DNA from: an uncultured Drancourtella sp.
GTDB lineage: Bacteria > Bacillota > Clostridia > Lachnospirales > Lachnospiraceae
Assembly (NCBI GenBank): GCA_937880845.1
Contig: CALFLL010000020.1
Location: 24,350-88,349, forward strand
Direction of reading: 5' to 3'
Length of the DNA stretch: 64,000 nucleotides
Position 1 is the stretch's first letter; the number at the start of each line of letters is the position of its first letter. Of this stretch, positions 8,862 to 17,756 are shown piece by piece. Both the position numbers and the translations under genes were made by a program. The notes beneath the pieces are model-generated. The model was not told where the DNA came from. It saw only the letters and a program-made list of their open reading frames with translations, and did no database searches.

Positions 8862-9542
8862 ATGAGGTACGAAATTAAAGGAGAAACTCTTCCGGTCGTT
8901 ATCTGTCATCTGGATAATGGAGAGCAGATGATAACAGAAAGAGGATCCATGAGTTGGATGTCACCGAATATGAAAATGGATACAGGGGCAAGAGGCGGTA
9001 TTGGAAAAGCATTTGGAAGAATGTTTTCCGGAGATTCCATTTTTCAGAATACCTATACGGCAACAGGAGGAACGGGGCTGATTGCTTTTGCATCCAGCTT
9101 CCCGGGAACGATCAAAGTATTTGAAGTAGCTCCGGGACAGGAATATATTTTGCAGAAAAGTGCATTTCTGGCTTCCGAGGCAGGGGTGGATTTAAGTATT
9201 CATTTTCAGAAGAAAATCGGTTCCGGATTATTCGGCGGTGAGGGATTTATCATGCAGAGAGTTTCCGGTCAGGGACTTGTGTTTGCCGAATTTGACGGGC
9301 ATATTATAGAATATGAACTTCAGGCAGGACAAAAGATTGTGGTGGATACGGGATATCTGGCAGCAATGGATGCCGGATGCCAAATTGAAATACAGACGGT
9401 ACCGGGGCTTAAAAACATGGTATTTGGAGGAGAAGGTGTATTTAATACGGTGATCACAGGACCCGGACATATCTGGCTTCAGACAATGCCGATCAATCAT
9501 GTGGCAGATGTATTAAGACCGTTTTTTCCGGATAAACAATAA
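8862..9542 (+). CDS. TIGR00266/AIM24-family protein
   Basis: 226 aa. The MRYEIKGETLPVVICHLDNGEQMITERGSMSWM... pattern is typical of DUF124/AIM24 proteins. Confidence 0.75.
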   Translation: MRYEIKGETLPVVICHLDNGEQMITERGSMSWMSPNMKMDTGARGGIGKAFGRMFSGDSIFQNTYTATGGTGLIAFASSFPGTIKVFEVAPGQEYILQKSAFLASEAGVDLSIHFQKKIGSGLFGGEGFIMQRVSGQGLVFAEFDGHIIEYELQAGQKIVVDTGYLAAMDAGCQIEIQTVPGLKNMVFGGEGVFNTVITGPGHIWLQTMPINHVADVLRPFFPDKQ

Positions 9543-9577
9543 ATAGAAAATAAAGTATAGTGTAAGGAGGGGCGCTT

Positions 9578-10948
9578 ATGACAAGATTATCCAAAAATGC
9601 ATTATTTGAAATTACACCGAAAATCGCAGAACTTGCGGCTTTAAGTGAAAAAAATAATGAGATTGATAAAGAACTCTATACCAAATACGAAGTAAAAAGA
9701 GGACTTCGTGATTTAAACGGAAAAGGAGTTCTTGCAGGTCTGACCAATATTTCCGATGTTTGTGCAAAAAAGATTGTAGACGGACAGGAAGTACCATGTC
9801 CGGGACAATTATATTACAGAGGATACAATATTAAAGATTTGGTAAAGGGATTCCTTGAGGCAGAACATTACGGATTTGAAGAAATTTCATATTTGCTTTT
9901 ATTTGGAGAACTTCCGACAGAAAAACAGCTAGGCGAATTTCATGAAGTTTTGGTAGAGCGTCGTTTTCTTCCTCCTAATTTTGTAAGAGATGTAATCATG
10001 AAATCATCAAGTCCGGATATGATGAACAGTATTTCTCGAAGTATTCTTCAACTTTATTCTTATGATGACAAAGCGGATGATACCAGTACGGAAAATGTTT
10101 TAAGGCAGTGTCTGAACCTTATTAGCCAGTTCCCTATGCTTATGGTATATGGATACCATGCATATAATTATAAGATGGGAGAAGACTTGTTTATTTATGC
10201 ACCGAAACCGGAATTGTCAACTGCAGAGAATATCTTGATGATGCTTCGGGAAGACAGAAAGTATACAAAACTGGAAGCAAAGATCCTCGATATGGCATTG
10301 GTACTTCATATGGATCACGGCGGCGGTAACAATTCAACCTTTACAACCCATGTTGTCACATCGTCAGGAACAGATACCTATTCTACGATGGCGGCAGCCA
10401 TGGCTTCCCTAAAAGGACCAAAGCATGGCGGTGCCAATGTAAAAGTAGTTCAAATGTTTGACGATATGAAGAAACATCTTCATGACTGGGAAGATGAGTC
10501 GGAAGTACGTACATACTTAGAGCAACTTTTGGAAAAACAGGCGTTTGACAGGAAAGGGCTGATTTACGGAATGGGACATGCGGTTTATTCTGTTTCCGAT
10601 CCTCGTGCAGAGATTTTTAAGGGATTTGTAAAACAGCTCGCAAAAGAAAAGGGATATGAAAAAGAATATGCACTTTATGAACTGGTAGAAAACCTGGCTC
10701 CGAAAGTAATAGGAGAAAGAAGAAAAATTTATAAAGGTGTCAATGCAAATGTAGACTTTTATAGTGGCCTTGTATACAGCATGTTGGATTTACCTCCTTC
10801 ACTTTATACGCCTATCTTTGCAGCGGCACGTATTGTGGGATGGAGTGCACACAGACTGGAAGAACTGAAGAATGTAGATAAGATCATCCGTCCGGCTTAT
10901 AAACCTCTTGCACCATACAGAGAATACATTAAATTAAAGGACAGATAA
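9578..10948 (+). CDS. citrate (or 2-methylcitrate) synthase
   Basis: DHGGGNNSTF and GMGHAVYSVSDPRA catalytic motifs, 456 aa. Confidence 0.9.
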   Translation: MTRLSKNALFEITPKIAELAALSEKNNEIDKELYTKYEVKRGLRDLNGKGVLAGLTNISDVCAKKIVDGQEVPCPGQLYYRGYNIKDLVKGFLEAEHYGFEEISYLLLFGELPTEKQLGEFHEVLVERRFLPPNFVRDVIMKSSSPDMMNSISRSILQLYSYDDKADDTSTENVLRQCLNLISQFPMLMVYGYHAYNYKMGEDLFIYAPKPELSTAENILMMLREDRKYTKLEAKILDMALVLHMDHGGGNNSTFTTHVVTSSGTDTYSTMAAAMASLKGPKHGGANVKVVQMFDDMKKHLHDWEDESEVRTYLEQLLEKQAFDRKGLIYGMGHAVYSVSDPRAEIFKGFVKQLAKEKGYEKEYALYELVENLAPKVIGERRKIYKGVNANVDFYSGLVYSMLDLPPSLYTPIFAAARIVGWSAHRLEELKNVDKIIRPAYKPLAPYREYIKLKDR

Positions 10949-10963
10949 GAAATAAGGTGTGTT

Positions 10964-11890
10964 ATGCAAAAAGAGTTTTTTTATATATCATGCGACAAAA
11001 AGACAAAAATACATGCGGTAGAGTGGAAACCGCAAGGAAAAGTGAAGGCGGTTCTGCAGATTTGTCACGGAATGGCAGAATATATTGAAAGGTATGCACA
11101 ATTTGCAGAGTGGCTTTCACAACAGGGATATTACGTTGTTGGAAACGATCATCTAGGACATGGCGGATCAATCCACGCAGAGGAAGACTGCGGATATTTT
11201 CATAAAGAAAAAGGAAACGAATATGTCATCGGAGATATCAGAAAGTTGTTTTTGATTACACGAAAACAATATCATGATGTTCCATATTTTATGATGGGGC
11301 ATAGTATGGGTTCTTTCCTTTTAAGACAATATCTTCAGACATACGGAGCAGGTTTAAGCGGAGCGATCATTATGGGAACAGGTTATAACCCACAATGGAT
11401 GCTTTATTCCGGAATGGCCGTGTGCAAAATTCTTGCGTTTTTTAAGGAAGAACGATATAGAAGCCGTTTTGTGGACAAAATGGTAACCGGAAGATTGAAT
11501 AAGAGATTTGAACCGGGAGAAACCGGAAAAGAATGGCTTTCTGTTAACCGTGACAATGTAAGAAGGTACACATCAGATTCAAAATGCGGATTTGTGTTTA
11601 CACTAAATGCATATTATCATATGTTCCGTGGAATGAAAGAACTTACTGTGAAAAATATGAAAGAGATACCGCCGGAATTGCCGGTATTTTTTGTATCAGG
11701 AAAAGAGGATGCGGTAGGAGATTTTGGAAGAGGTGTCCGAAAAGTATTTGCACAGTATAAAAAAGTGGGTATGAAAAACCTATCCATCCGGTTATATTCG
11801 GGACTTCGGCATGAAATTCTGAATGAAACAGGAAGAATCGAAGTATTTGAAGATCTGCGTAACTGGATGGAAAAAAATATAAAAAAATAA
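10964..11890 (+). CDS. alpha/beta hydrolase (lysophospholipase/monoacylglycerol-lipase-like)
   Basis: GHSMGS nucleophile elbow and HGMAEY oxyanion region, 308 aa. Confidence 0.8.
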   Translation: MQKEFFYISCDKKTKIHAVEWKPQGKVKAVLQICHGMAEYIERYAQFAEWLSQQGYYVVGNDHLGHGGSIHAEEDCGYFHKEKGNEYVIGDIRKLFLITRKQYHDVPYFMMGHSMGSFLLRQYLQTYGAGLSGAIIMGTGYNPQWMLYSGMAVCKILAFFKEERYRSRFVDKMVTGRLNKRFEPGETGKEWLSVNRDNVRRYTSDSKCGFVFTLNAYYHMFRGMKELTVKNMKEIPPELPVFFVSGKEDAVGDFGRGVRKVFAQYKKVGMKNLSIRLYSGLRHEILNETGRIEVFEDLRNWMEKNIKK

Positions 11891-11903
11891 GAATAAACAA
11901 TGA

Positions 11904-11936
11904 GAAACGGCATCTCCTTGGTGGGGATGCCGTTTC
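11904..11936. terminator. bidirectional terminator hairpin
   Basis: 11-bp perfect stem GAAACGGCATC/GATGCCGTTTC between convergent genes. Confidence 0.7.
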
Positions 11937-11946
11937 GTAATGGTTC

Positions 11947-12762
11947 TTATAAAGGTAAATTTCTTTTCCGGAAAATCTGTATTCCCAAAATAATCATGAT
12001 CAATCCCAAGGCAAAGAGGATAAGGACTCCATATGTTCCGTCCTTATTACCGGAAATCAAAGCGTTACTGTCAAACAGTGTCATTGGTGTTAGATATTTC
12101 AGCCACTCCATTTTATCGCCGACATCCTGTATCATCTGAATCAGGATAAATATGACGGAAAGTCCGGAGGCAACTCCGGTTGCCAGTTTGGTTTCGTTAA
12201 AGATACAGGCACTCAAAAATGCAAGACCTCCGAAAAACAAAAGAAGGCAGAACAGTCCGAAGTTCAGGCTTATAAAACGGGAAATATTTATTTTTTCATC
12301 AAACATGATATGGCTTACCATCAAAATAAGAGCTGTGGCATACACAACTAGCAGGATCAGGCCCAGTATCATAAGAAAAGCCTGCGTAATTGCGATTTTT
12401 GAACGCTTGTTCGGAGTTGCAAGAATATATGCCATGGAACCGGTATCAACATAATGAGCGATAAGGCGGTTGCTCAAAATTAAAACAAAGATCAACGGGA
12501 ATACGATTAAAATAAAACCATAAAGATAATTGGCAATAAATTCGATCAAACTACTTCCCGGATCGTCTATACCGAAAGCTTCGAATACTTCCGGCATACT
12601 TTTTGCCATTATAGTCAGGCTGTCTTCCATTTTAGGATCGTACATGGTAACGATGATTGTACTGTACATGGTGATGATAGCCGCAAAAATAAGGATAAAT
12701 ATGTAATTGGATTTTATTTCTTTCTTTAACAGTGGCAGACTAATCATGTTTTCTACCTCCAT
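11947..12762 (-). CDS. ABC-2-type transporter permease
   Basis: 271-aa protein with six predicted TM helices. It overlaps the upstream ATPase gene by 23 nt. Confidence 0.7.
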   Translation of the reverse strand: MEVENMISLPLLKKEIKSNYIFILIFAAIITMYSTIIVTMYDPKMEDSLTIMAKSMPEVFEAFGIDDPGSSLIEFIANYLYGFILIVFPLIFVLILSNRLIAHYVDTGSMAYILATPNKRSKIAITQAFLMILGLILLVVYATALILMVSHIMFDEKINISRFISLNFGLFCLLLFFGGLAFLSACIFNETKLATGVASGLSVIFILIQMIQDVGDKMEWLKYLTPMTLFDSNALISGNKDGTYGVLILFALGLIMIILGIQIFRKRNLPL

Positions 12763-13627
12763 ATTGCTGCAGGAATAATTCTTCTAATGTCGGAGTTCTC
12801 ATTTGAAGATCTCGGACTGTATATTTAGACAATTCTTTGATTAAAGAGTCGATTCCGCCTTTGGTTTCCAGTGTCACAGAATTTCCAGTTTGATCGGAAT
12901 CCGGGTACGCACGGACAAAGGATAAAAGATCGTCTTTGGAATCAAAGGTAATTGTGCAGATACGGTTTCTTTTTCGAAGAAGGGTATCCATGTTTTCATC
13001 TGCGATCAACTGGCCTTCCCGAATCATGACAACTCTGTTGCAAGTATTTTCCACTTCTTCAAACATATGACTGGACATTAAGATTGTTGTTCCGTTCTGT
13101 TTTTCTTTCTGAATCAATTCCACAAACTTATTTTGCATAAGCGGGTCAAGTCCGCTTGTCGGTTCATCAAGGAGTAAAATTTCGGGATGATCCATAAAAG
13201 CGATGATAATGCCGATTTTTTGTTTCATCCCTTTTGACATGCGGCGAAGCCGTCCTTTAGGATTCAGTTCTAAAAAATCACAAAGTTCCTTCATGTAAGA
13301 AAGATCTTTCATCTGTTTCATTTCCGCAACAAATTTAAGAAAGGCATCTCCGGTCATATCGTCCAGAAATGCAATTTCACCAGGAAGATAACCTGTCTTT
13401 TTCTGAATTTCGGAAGCAGAATGAAAACAGTCTTTCCCAAGTATGGAAACTGTTCCGGAATCCGGCTTGATAAATCCCATAAGATGACGGATCAGTGTGG
13501 TTTTTCCGGCACCGTTTGGTTCAAGGAAACCGACGATTTCTCCTTTTTCTACGGAAAAATTTACATCAAAAAGACCTTTATGGTTTCCGTAGTTTTTTGT
13601 TATATGATTGATTTCAATCACACTCAT
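12740..13627 (-). CDS. ABC transporter ATP-binding protein
   Basis: Walker A-like EPNGAGKTT, signature MSKGMKQK, Walker B ILLLDEPTSGLD. Confidence 0.9.
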   Translation of the reverse strand: MSVIEINHITKNYGNHKGLFDVNFSVEKGEIVGFLEPNGAGKTTLIRHLMGFIKPDSGTVSILGKDCFHSASEIQKKTGYLPGEIAFLDDMTGDAFLKFVAEMKQMKDLSYMKELCDFLELNPKGRLRRMSKGMKQKIGIIIAFMDHPEILLLDEPTSGLDPLMQNKFVELIQKEKQNGTTILMSSHMFEEVENTCNRVVMIREGQLIADENMDTLLRKRNRICTITFDSKDDLLSFVRAYPDSDQTGNSVTLETKGGIDSLIKELSKYTVRDLQMRTPTLEELFLQQYGGRKHD

Positions 13628-13732
13628 TTTTTGAACTCCTTTGCTGAAATTAAATGTTATTCATATTTTACTCTTTTGTATATTTTTTACAATACCTATC
13701 ATAAAAAAAGTTCCGGGAAAGGAAGAGCGGGA

Positions 13733-14581
13733 TTACAGGTGCGTAAGAATATAATAAATCCCACATAAAGTATCGATTCCGGAAGAATGACCGATTGCTT
13801 CAAAAGAAGAAAGGATTTCTGCTGCGGATTCTTTTAAAGGAAGTTCTTTTAATGGTTTGCTGAAGTGAGAGTTTAAAGCACAATCCAGAAAAGATTTGCT
13901 GATATCATTTGTATGGTCAAGTTTTCTTTGTATGGCTGTCCTTAAAGTACGGGCAAAGGGATGCTCGTATTGGTTTGCAAAAATGATTCCTGCAAGGACG
14001 CCGCAGAGAAAATCATCACCGCTTGGGGTAAGACCGATTCCAAGACCGATGAGAGAAACGAGTGCATCGGCGGCCTGATCAAAATGTCGGTTTTCTAGAT
14101 AAAAGTTACATTGTTTCAAACAGTTTTCGGCATAGGTATTGACGAGAAACTGGTCAGAACAAGTGTGATCCGTATCGGAAGAAAAAAGACAACGAAATCC
14201 TCCGGTATCAGAAAGAGAAAAAACGGATTTTAAAAGTTCACTATGAATACGGGGAAAATTGCCTGTAAGTGCAGAATCAAATATTTCTGCCGGATCATAG
14301 CAAAATCGATGAATACAATCCGGAGAACAGATCAAAAGTTCATGAGAATGTATTTCCACGTGCTGTCCCGGTTGCAGGTTTAGTTCAGACATTTCTTTGC
14401 CGGAAAGATTTGTGATCAGACTGAGGGGAGAAATCGGGGAAGCAGCAGCCTGTAAAGAAAGAAGGCGGCCGCCAAAAGTAAGGTTTATTGTTTTTCGATA
14501 TACGGAATGAATCTGACCGAATGTATTGGGACGAAGAAGCATAAGAGCATAAGATGCAATATTGGTAATGAGATGATCCAT
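13733..14581 (-). CDS. allH: DUF2877 protein, oxamate carbamoyltransferase subunit AllH (YlbF)-like
   Basis: Motifs recalled from YlbF/DUF2877: GQIHSVYRKTINL, GLGIGLTPSGDDFLCG, IGHSSGIDTLCG. The genomic context is the all genes. Confidence 0.7.
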   Translation of the reverse strand: MDHLITNIASYALMLLRPNTFGQIHSVYRKTINLTFGGRLLSLQAAASPISPLSLITNLSGKEMSELNLQPGQHVEIHSHELLICSPDCIHRFCYDPAEIFDSALTGNFPRIHSELLKSVFSLSDTGGFRCLFSSDTDHTCSDQFLVNTYAENCLKQCNFYLENRHFDQAADALVSLIGLGIGLTPSGDDFLCGVLAGIIFANQYEHPFARTLRTAIQRKLDHTNDISKSFLDCALNSHFSKPLKELPLKESAAEILSSFEAIGHSSGIDTLCGIYYILTHL

Positions 14582-14605
14582 GATAAATACCTCGCTGATA
14601 TATTT

Positions 14606-15451
14606 TTAATTTGTATGTGTATTTAAAAAGTCAAGAGTTTTTTCTAAAAGCTGCCGGGTAAAGCCATCTTCTGTGCTTCTGTCAAAATCGTGTGACTGAC
14701 AGGAAACAACAAACCGTTCGGCATTATATTTTTCACATAATGCCAAAAATTCAGAATATGGCACATCCGGATCGTTCGTGCTGTGGGCACAAAATAACGG
14801 GCACGGAAGGTTACCGCATGTCCGGAGAGAATAATCCAGAAAGAAGTATTTTTCACGTCCTTCATAAAGAAGCGACTTCCACAGACCGGTCTGACGTGCA
14901 TAAACGTAAATGCTGTAATGAGTATCCAGATTTCCTTCCGTATGGACATCGGAAGCAATATCCAAGCAGGAAGCAGAAACTTTTGGAAGTGTACAATAAT
15001 AACTGTTTGGGGAACAAAACCAGGTATCACATAAAAAACCATAGCCATAATATGATAAAAGTCCGTTCGGAACTTTGGCAAGGGAGGAGTGTCCGGAAGC
15101 AATCAGACATAAATATGCCCCTGCGGATCGACCCCACAAAAAGAACGGCAGTTCCGGAAGTGAATAAAAATCCGGATGAAGGATATAGTGGTTGATACAG
15201 AAGCTAACATGTTGCATGATTGTATCAAGCTTAGCGGCAGGAGCCAGAGGATAATCATAAGCTATGATTACATATCCGGCTTCGGTAAGGAATTTAAGAT
15301 GTAATTCGGGAAGATCCTTTCTGGAACCGTAGAGAAGACCGCCGCCGTGAAAATATAAAATACAGGCACGAGGATGTACGTTCGGATTCCGGTAAACCGT
15401 AATTTGAGTGGAAGAAGAATTCTCCCAAGAAAGATCTTTTTGCGTAAACAT
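14606..15451 (-). CDS. alpha/beta-fold esterase/lipase (HGGG, hormone-sensitive-lipase-like family)
   Basis: YFHGGGLLYG oxyanion motif and WGRSAGAY nucleophile elbow. It lies 24 nt upstream of the allH homolog on the same strand. Confidence 0.8.
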   Translation of the reverse strand: MFTQKDLSWENSSSTQITVYRNPNVHPRACILYFHGGGLLYGSRKDLPELHLKFLTEAGYVIIAYDYPLAPAAKLDTIMQHVSFCINHYILHPDFYSLPELPFFLWGRSAGAYLCLIASGHSSLAKVPNGLLSYYGYGFLCDTWFCSPNSYYCTLPKVSASCLDIASDVHTEGNLDTHYSIYVYARQTGLWKSLLYEGREKYFFLDYSLRTCGNLPCPLFCAHSTNDPDVPYSEFLALCEKYNAERFVVSCQSHDFDRSTEDGFTRQLLEKTLDFLNTHTN

Positions 15452-15517
15452 AATGATTTTCCTTTCTGTTAATTTGAAATACTGTTATTATAACACAGAA
15501 AAATGCTGTTAAATAAA

Positions 15518-15601
15518 AGACAAAGTAGAAAAAGTGGATAAAAAACAGGAAACTTTTTATCTTATATTACGATTGAAAAAAAAAGAGCAAACTGCCATAA
15601 T
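15518..15601 (+). promoter_or_regulatory. allE promoter (TTGAAA-17-CATAAT) with upstream operator-like element; paralog of 16545-16629
   Basis: AGACAAAGT-N3-AAAAGTGGATAAAAAA, then 25 nt, then GATTGAAAAA(-35), 17 nt, and CATAAT. The same architecture and spacing recur upstream of allD. Confidence 0.55.
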
Positions 15602-15650
15602 AACAATATGTTTCTTTTGGTAAAAGATAAACGGAAAGCGAGGATAAATT

Positions 15651-16439
15651 ATGAGTTATTTAAATGGTCAGACAGGATGCCGTGAAGAGTTACTGAACAC
15701 AAGATCCATCATAAAAATGGGAAGCTATGTTGTGCTTGAACCGGACGGACTTGTAAAAAATGCAATACCGGGTTACACAAACTGTGATGTGACAATCCTT
15801 GGTTCTCCGGCTATGGGAGCGACTTTTGCGGATTATCTTGTTACGGTACATGAAGGAGGAAATAATCCTGCATTTGGAGGAGAAGGACTTGAAACTTTCA
15901 TTTATGTGGTAGAAGGAAGCATCAAAGTTAAAAATGCGGATCGTGAAGAAGTGTTGACAAAAGGCGGATATATCTATTCTCCTGTGAGCAATACGGTTGC
16001 ATTTGAAAATGCAGGAAGCGAAGATGCAACGTTGTTTGCATATAAACGTAGATATGAAGCGGTAGAAGGATACAGTGCACATACCGTGATCGGCAATGAT
16101 AATGATCTGCCGTGGATTCCATATGAAGGAATGGACAACTGTCATATCAAAGATTTCCTTCCGGCAGCGGGAGATTTTGGATTTGATATGAATTTCCATA
16201 TTTTGAGATTCAAAATGGGTGCATCTCATGGTTATATCGAAACACATGTTCAGCAGCACGGAATGTATTTCCTTTCCGGAAAAGCAATGTACAGAATCGG
16301 AGACGATTGGGTTCCGGTACAGAAAGGAGATTATGTGTTCATGCAGGCATATTGCCCGCAGGCATGCTACGGTGTAGGAAAAGGAGAAGATGTGACATAT
16401 ATTTACTCCAAAGACTGCAACAGAGATGTACAGTTATAA
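15651..16439 (+). CDS. allE: (S)-ureidoglycine aminohydrolase (bicupin)
   Basis: Collinear with E. coli AllE/YlbA as recalled (MSYLNGQTGCREELL..., GASHGYIETHVQQHG, YIYSKDCNRDV). 262 aa. Confidence 0.9.
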   Translation: MSYLNGQTGCREELLNTRSIIKMGSYVVLEPDGLVKNAIPGYTNCDVTILGSPAMGATFADYLVTVHEGGNNPAFGGEGLETFIYVVEGSIKVKNADREEVLTKGGYIYSPVSNTVAFENAGSEDATLFAYKRRYEAVEGYSAHTVIGNDNDLPWIPYEGMDNCHIKDFLPAAGDFGFDMNFHILRFKMGASHGYIETHVQQHGMYFLSGKAMYRIGDDWVPVQKGDYVFMQAYCPQACYGVGKGEDVTYIYSKDCNRDVQL

Positions 16440-16486
16440 AATTATATTAAGTTATCCCGTAAAATTGAAATAGATTTGTTTGCACA

Positions 16487-16524
16487 GAAACCGGCATTGT
16501 CAATAAGACAGTGCCGGTTTTCAT
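16487..16524 (+). terminator. intrinsic terminator after allE
   Basis: Stem AAACCGGCA/TGCCGGTTT followed by TTTTC. Confidence 0.7.
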
Positions 16525-16544
16525 ATACGGGAATGTGAAAAAAT

Positions 16545-16629
16545 AGACAAAGTGTGTAAAAGTAGATAAAAAATATAAATTGGTTTTTCTAGTTATTTGA
16601 TTGAAAAAATAACGGCAAATTGGGATAAT
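16545..16629 (+). promoter_or_regulatory. allD-operon promoter (TTGAAA-17-GATAAT) with upstream operator-like element; paralog of 15518-15601
   Basis: AGACAAAGT-N4-AAAAGTAGATAAAAAA, then 25 nt, then GATTGAAAAA(-35), 17 nt, and GATAAT. Confidence 0.55.
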
Positions 16630-16692
16630 AACATTATAAAACAAACTGGATGCAGTATATGAACTAAAAAAAGTGAAAGAGAGGAAACGGAA

Positions 16693-17745
16693 ATGAAGCT
16701 TTCAAGACAGGAACTGAAAGATTTAATGAAAAACAAACTGATGAGTGCGGGATTAAGCGAAGAACATGCTGATATTACAGCGGAAGTTCTGACATGGTCA
16801 GATGAGAGAGGATATCATTCTCACGGCGCGGTAAGAGTGGAATATTACAGTGAGCGAATTGCAAAAGGTGGAATTACAGTAAATCCTCATTTTGAATTTA
16901 AAGAAACAGGACCGTGTTCCGCAATTTTTGAAGGGGATAATGGCTGTGGATACGTGGCTGCAAAAAAGGCTATGGAAAAAGCAATCGAGATGGCAAAGAA
17001 AACAGGTATCGCAGTAGTAGGAATCCGAAATATTTCTCACAGCGGAGCACTTGGATACTATACAGAAATGGCTGCAGATCAGGATATGGTAGCAATTTCC
17101 TTCTGCCAGTCAGATCCGATGGCAGTTCCGACAGGAGGAACAGAACCATATTACGGAACAAACCCGATTTCTTTTGCGGCACCGACGGCAGATGAAAGAA
17201 AAGTTGTATTTGATATGGCTACAACCGTTCAGGCATGGGGTAAAATCCTGGATAAAAGATCAAGAGGAGAATCTATTCCGGATACATGGGCAGTAGATGA
17301 AAACGGAAATCCGGTAACAGACCCGAATAAGGTAAATGCACTTCTTCCGATCGCAGGGGCAAAAGGATACGGACTGATGATGATGGTGGATGTATTCTCG
17401 GGAATTCTTCTTGGAGTACCATTTGGTAAACATGTAAGCTCTATGTACCATGACTGTTCCAAAGGAAGAGAACTTGGACAGATGCATATCGTTATGGATC
17501 CGAACCGTTTTGTCGGAATTGAACAGTTCAAAAAAAATATGTCACAGACATGCGATGAGTTAAATGCAATGCCGACAGCAGAAGGCTATGACAAAGTATA
17601 CTATCCGGGTGAAAGAGCTGTTCTCAGAAGAGAAAAAGCATACGAAACAGGCGGAGTTGAAATTGTAGATTCTATTTATGAATATCTCAAGAGCGATGCA
17701 ATTCATTTTGACAGATACGATCATAAGAACAGATTCGCAGAATAG
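16693..17745 (+). CDS. allD: ureidoglycolate dehydrogenase (Ldh_2 family)
   Basis: 350-aa malate/L-lactate dehydrogenase type-2 fold (ERGYHSHGAVRVEYY, NISHSGALGYY). Context and length match E. coli AllD. Confidence 0.85.
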   Translation: MKLSRQELKDLMKNKLMSAGLSEEHADITAEVLTWSDERGYHSHGAVRVEYYSERIAKGGITVNPHFEFKETGPCSAIFEGDNGCGYVAAKKAMEKAIEMAKKTGIAVVGIRNISHSGALGYYTEMAADQDMVAISFCQSDPMAVPTGGTEPYYGTNPISFAAPTADERKVVFDMATTVQAWGKILDKRSRGESIPDTWAVDENGNPVTDPNKVNALLPIAGAKGYGLMMMVDVFSGILLGVPFGKHVSSMYHDCSKGRELGQMHIVMDPNRFVGIEQFKKNMSQTCDELNAMPTAEGYDKVYYPGERAVLRREKAYETGGVEIVDSIYEYLKSDAIHFDRYDHKNRFAE

Positions 17746-17756
17746 GAGTGAACAAG

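Noticed and set aside
11900-12454. Plus-strand ORFs 11900-12139 and 12152-12454.
   Set aside because: They are antisense to the ABC-2 permease gene. The first one begins inside the terminator hairpin. No RBS or family resemblance was found.
14644-15195. 152-aa (-) and 167-aa (+) ORFs overlapping the esterase gene.
   Set aside because: They are alternative frames of the 14606-15451 CDS, which alone carries the recognisable HGGG and GxSxG motifs.
15531-15540. DnaA-box-like AGTGGATAA inside the allE upstream element.
   Set aside because: It has one mismatch in copy A and two in the paralogous copy B (AGTAGATAA). The conserved part of the two modules is better explained as a dedicated regulator site than as DnaA boxes.
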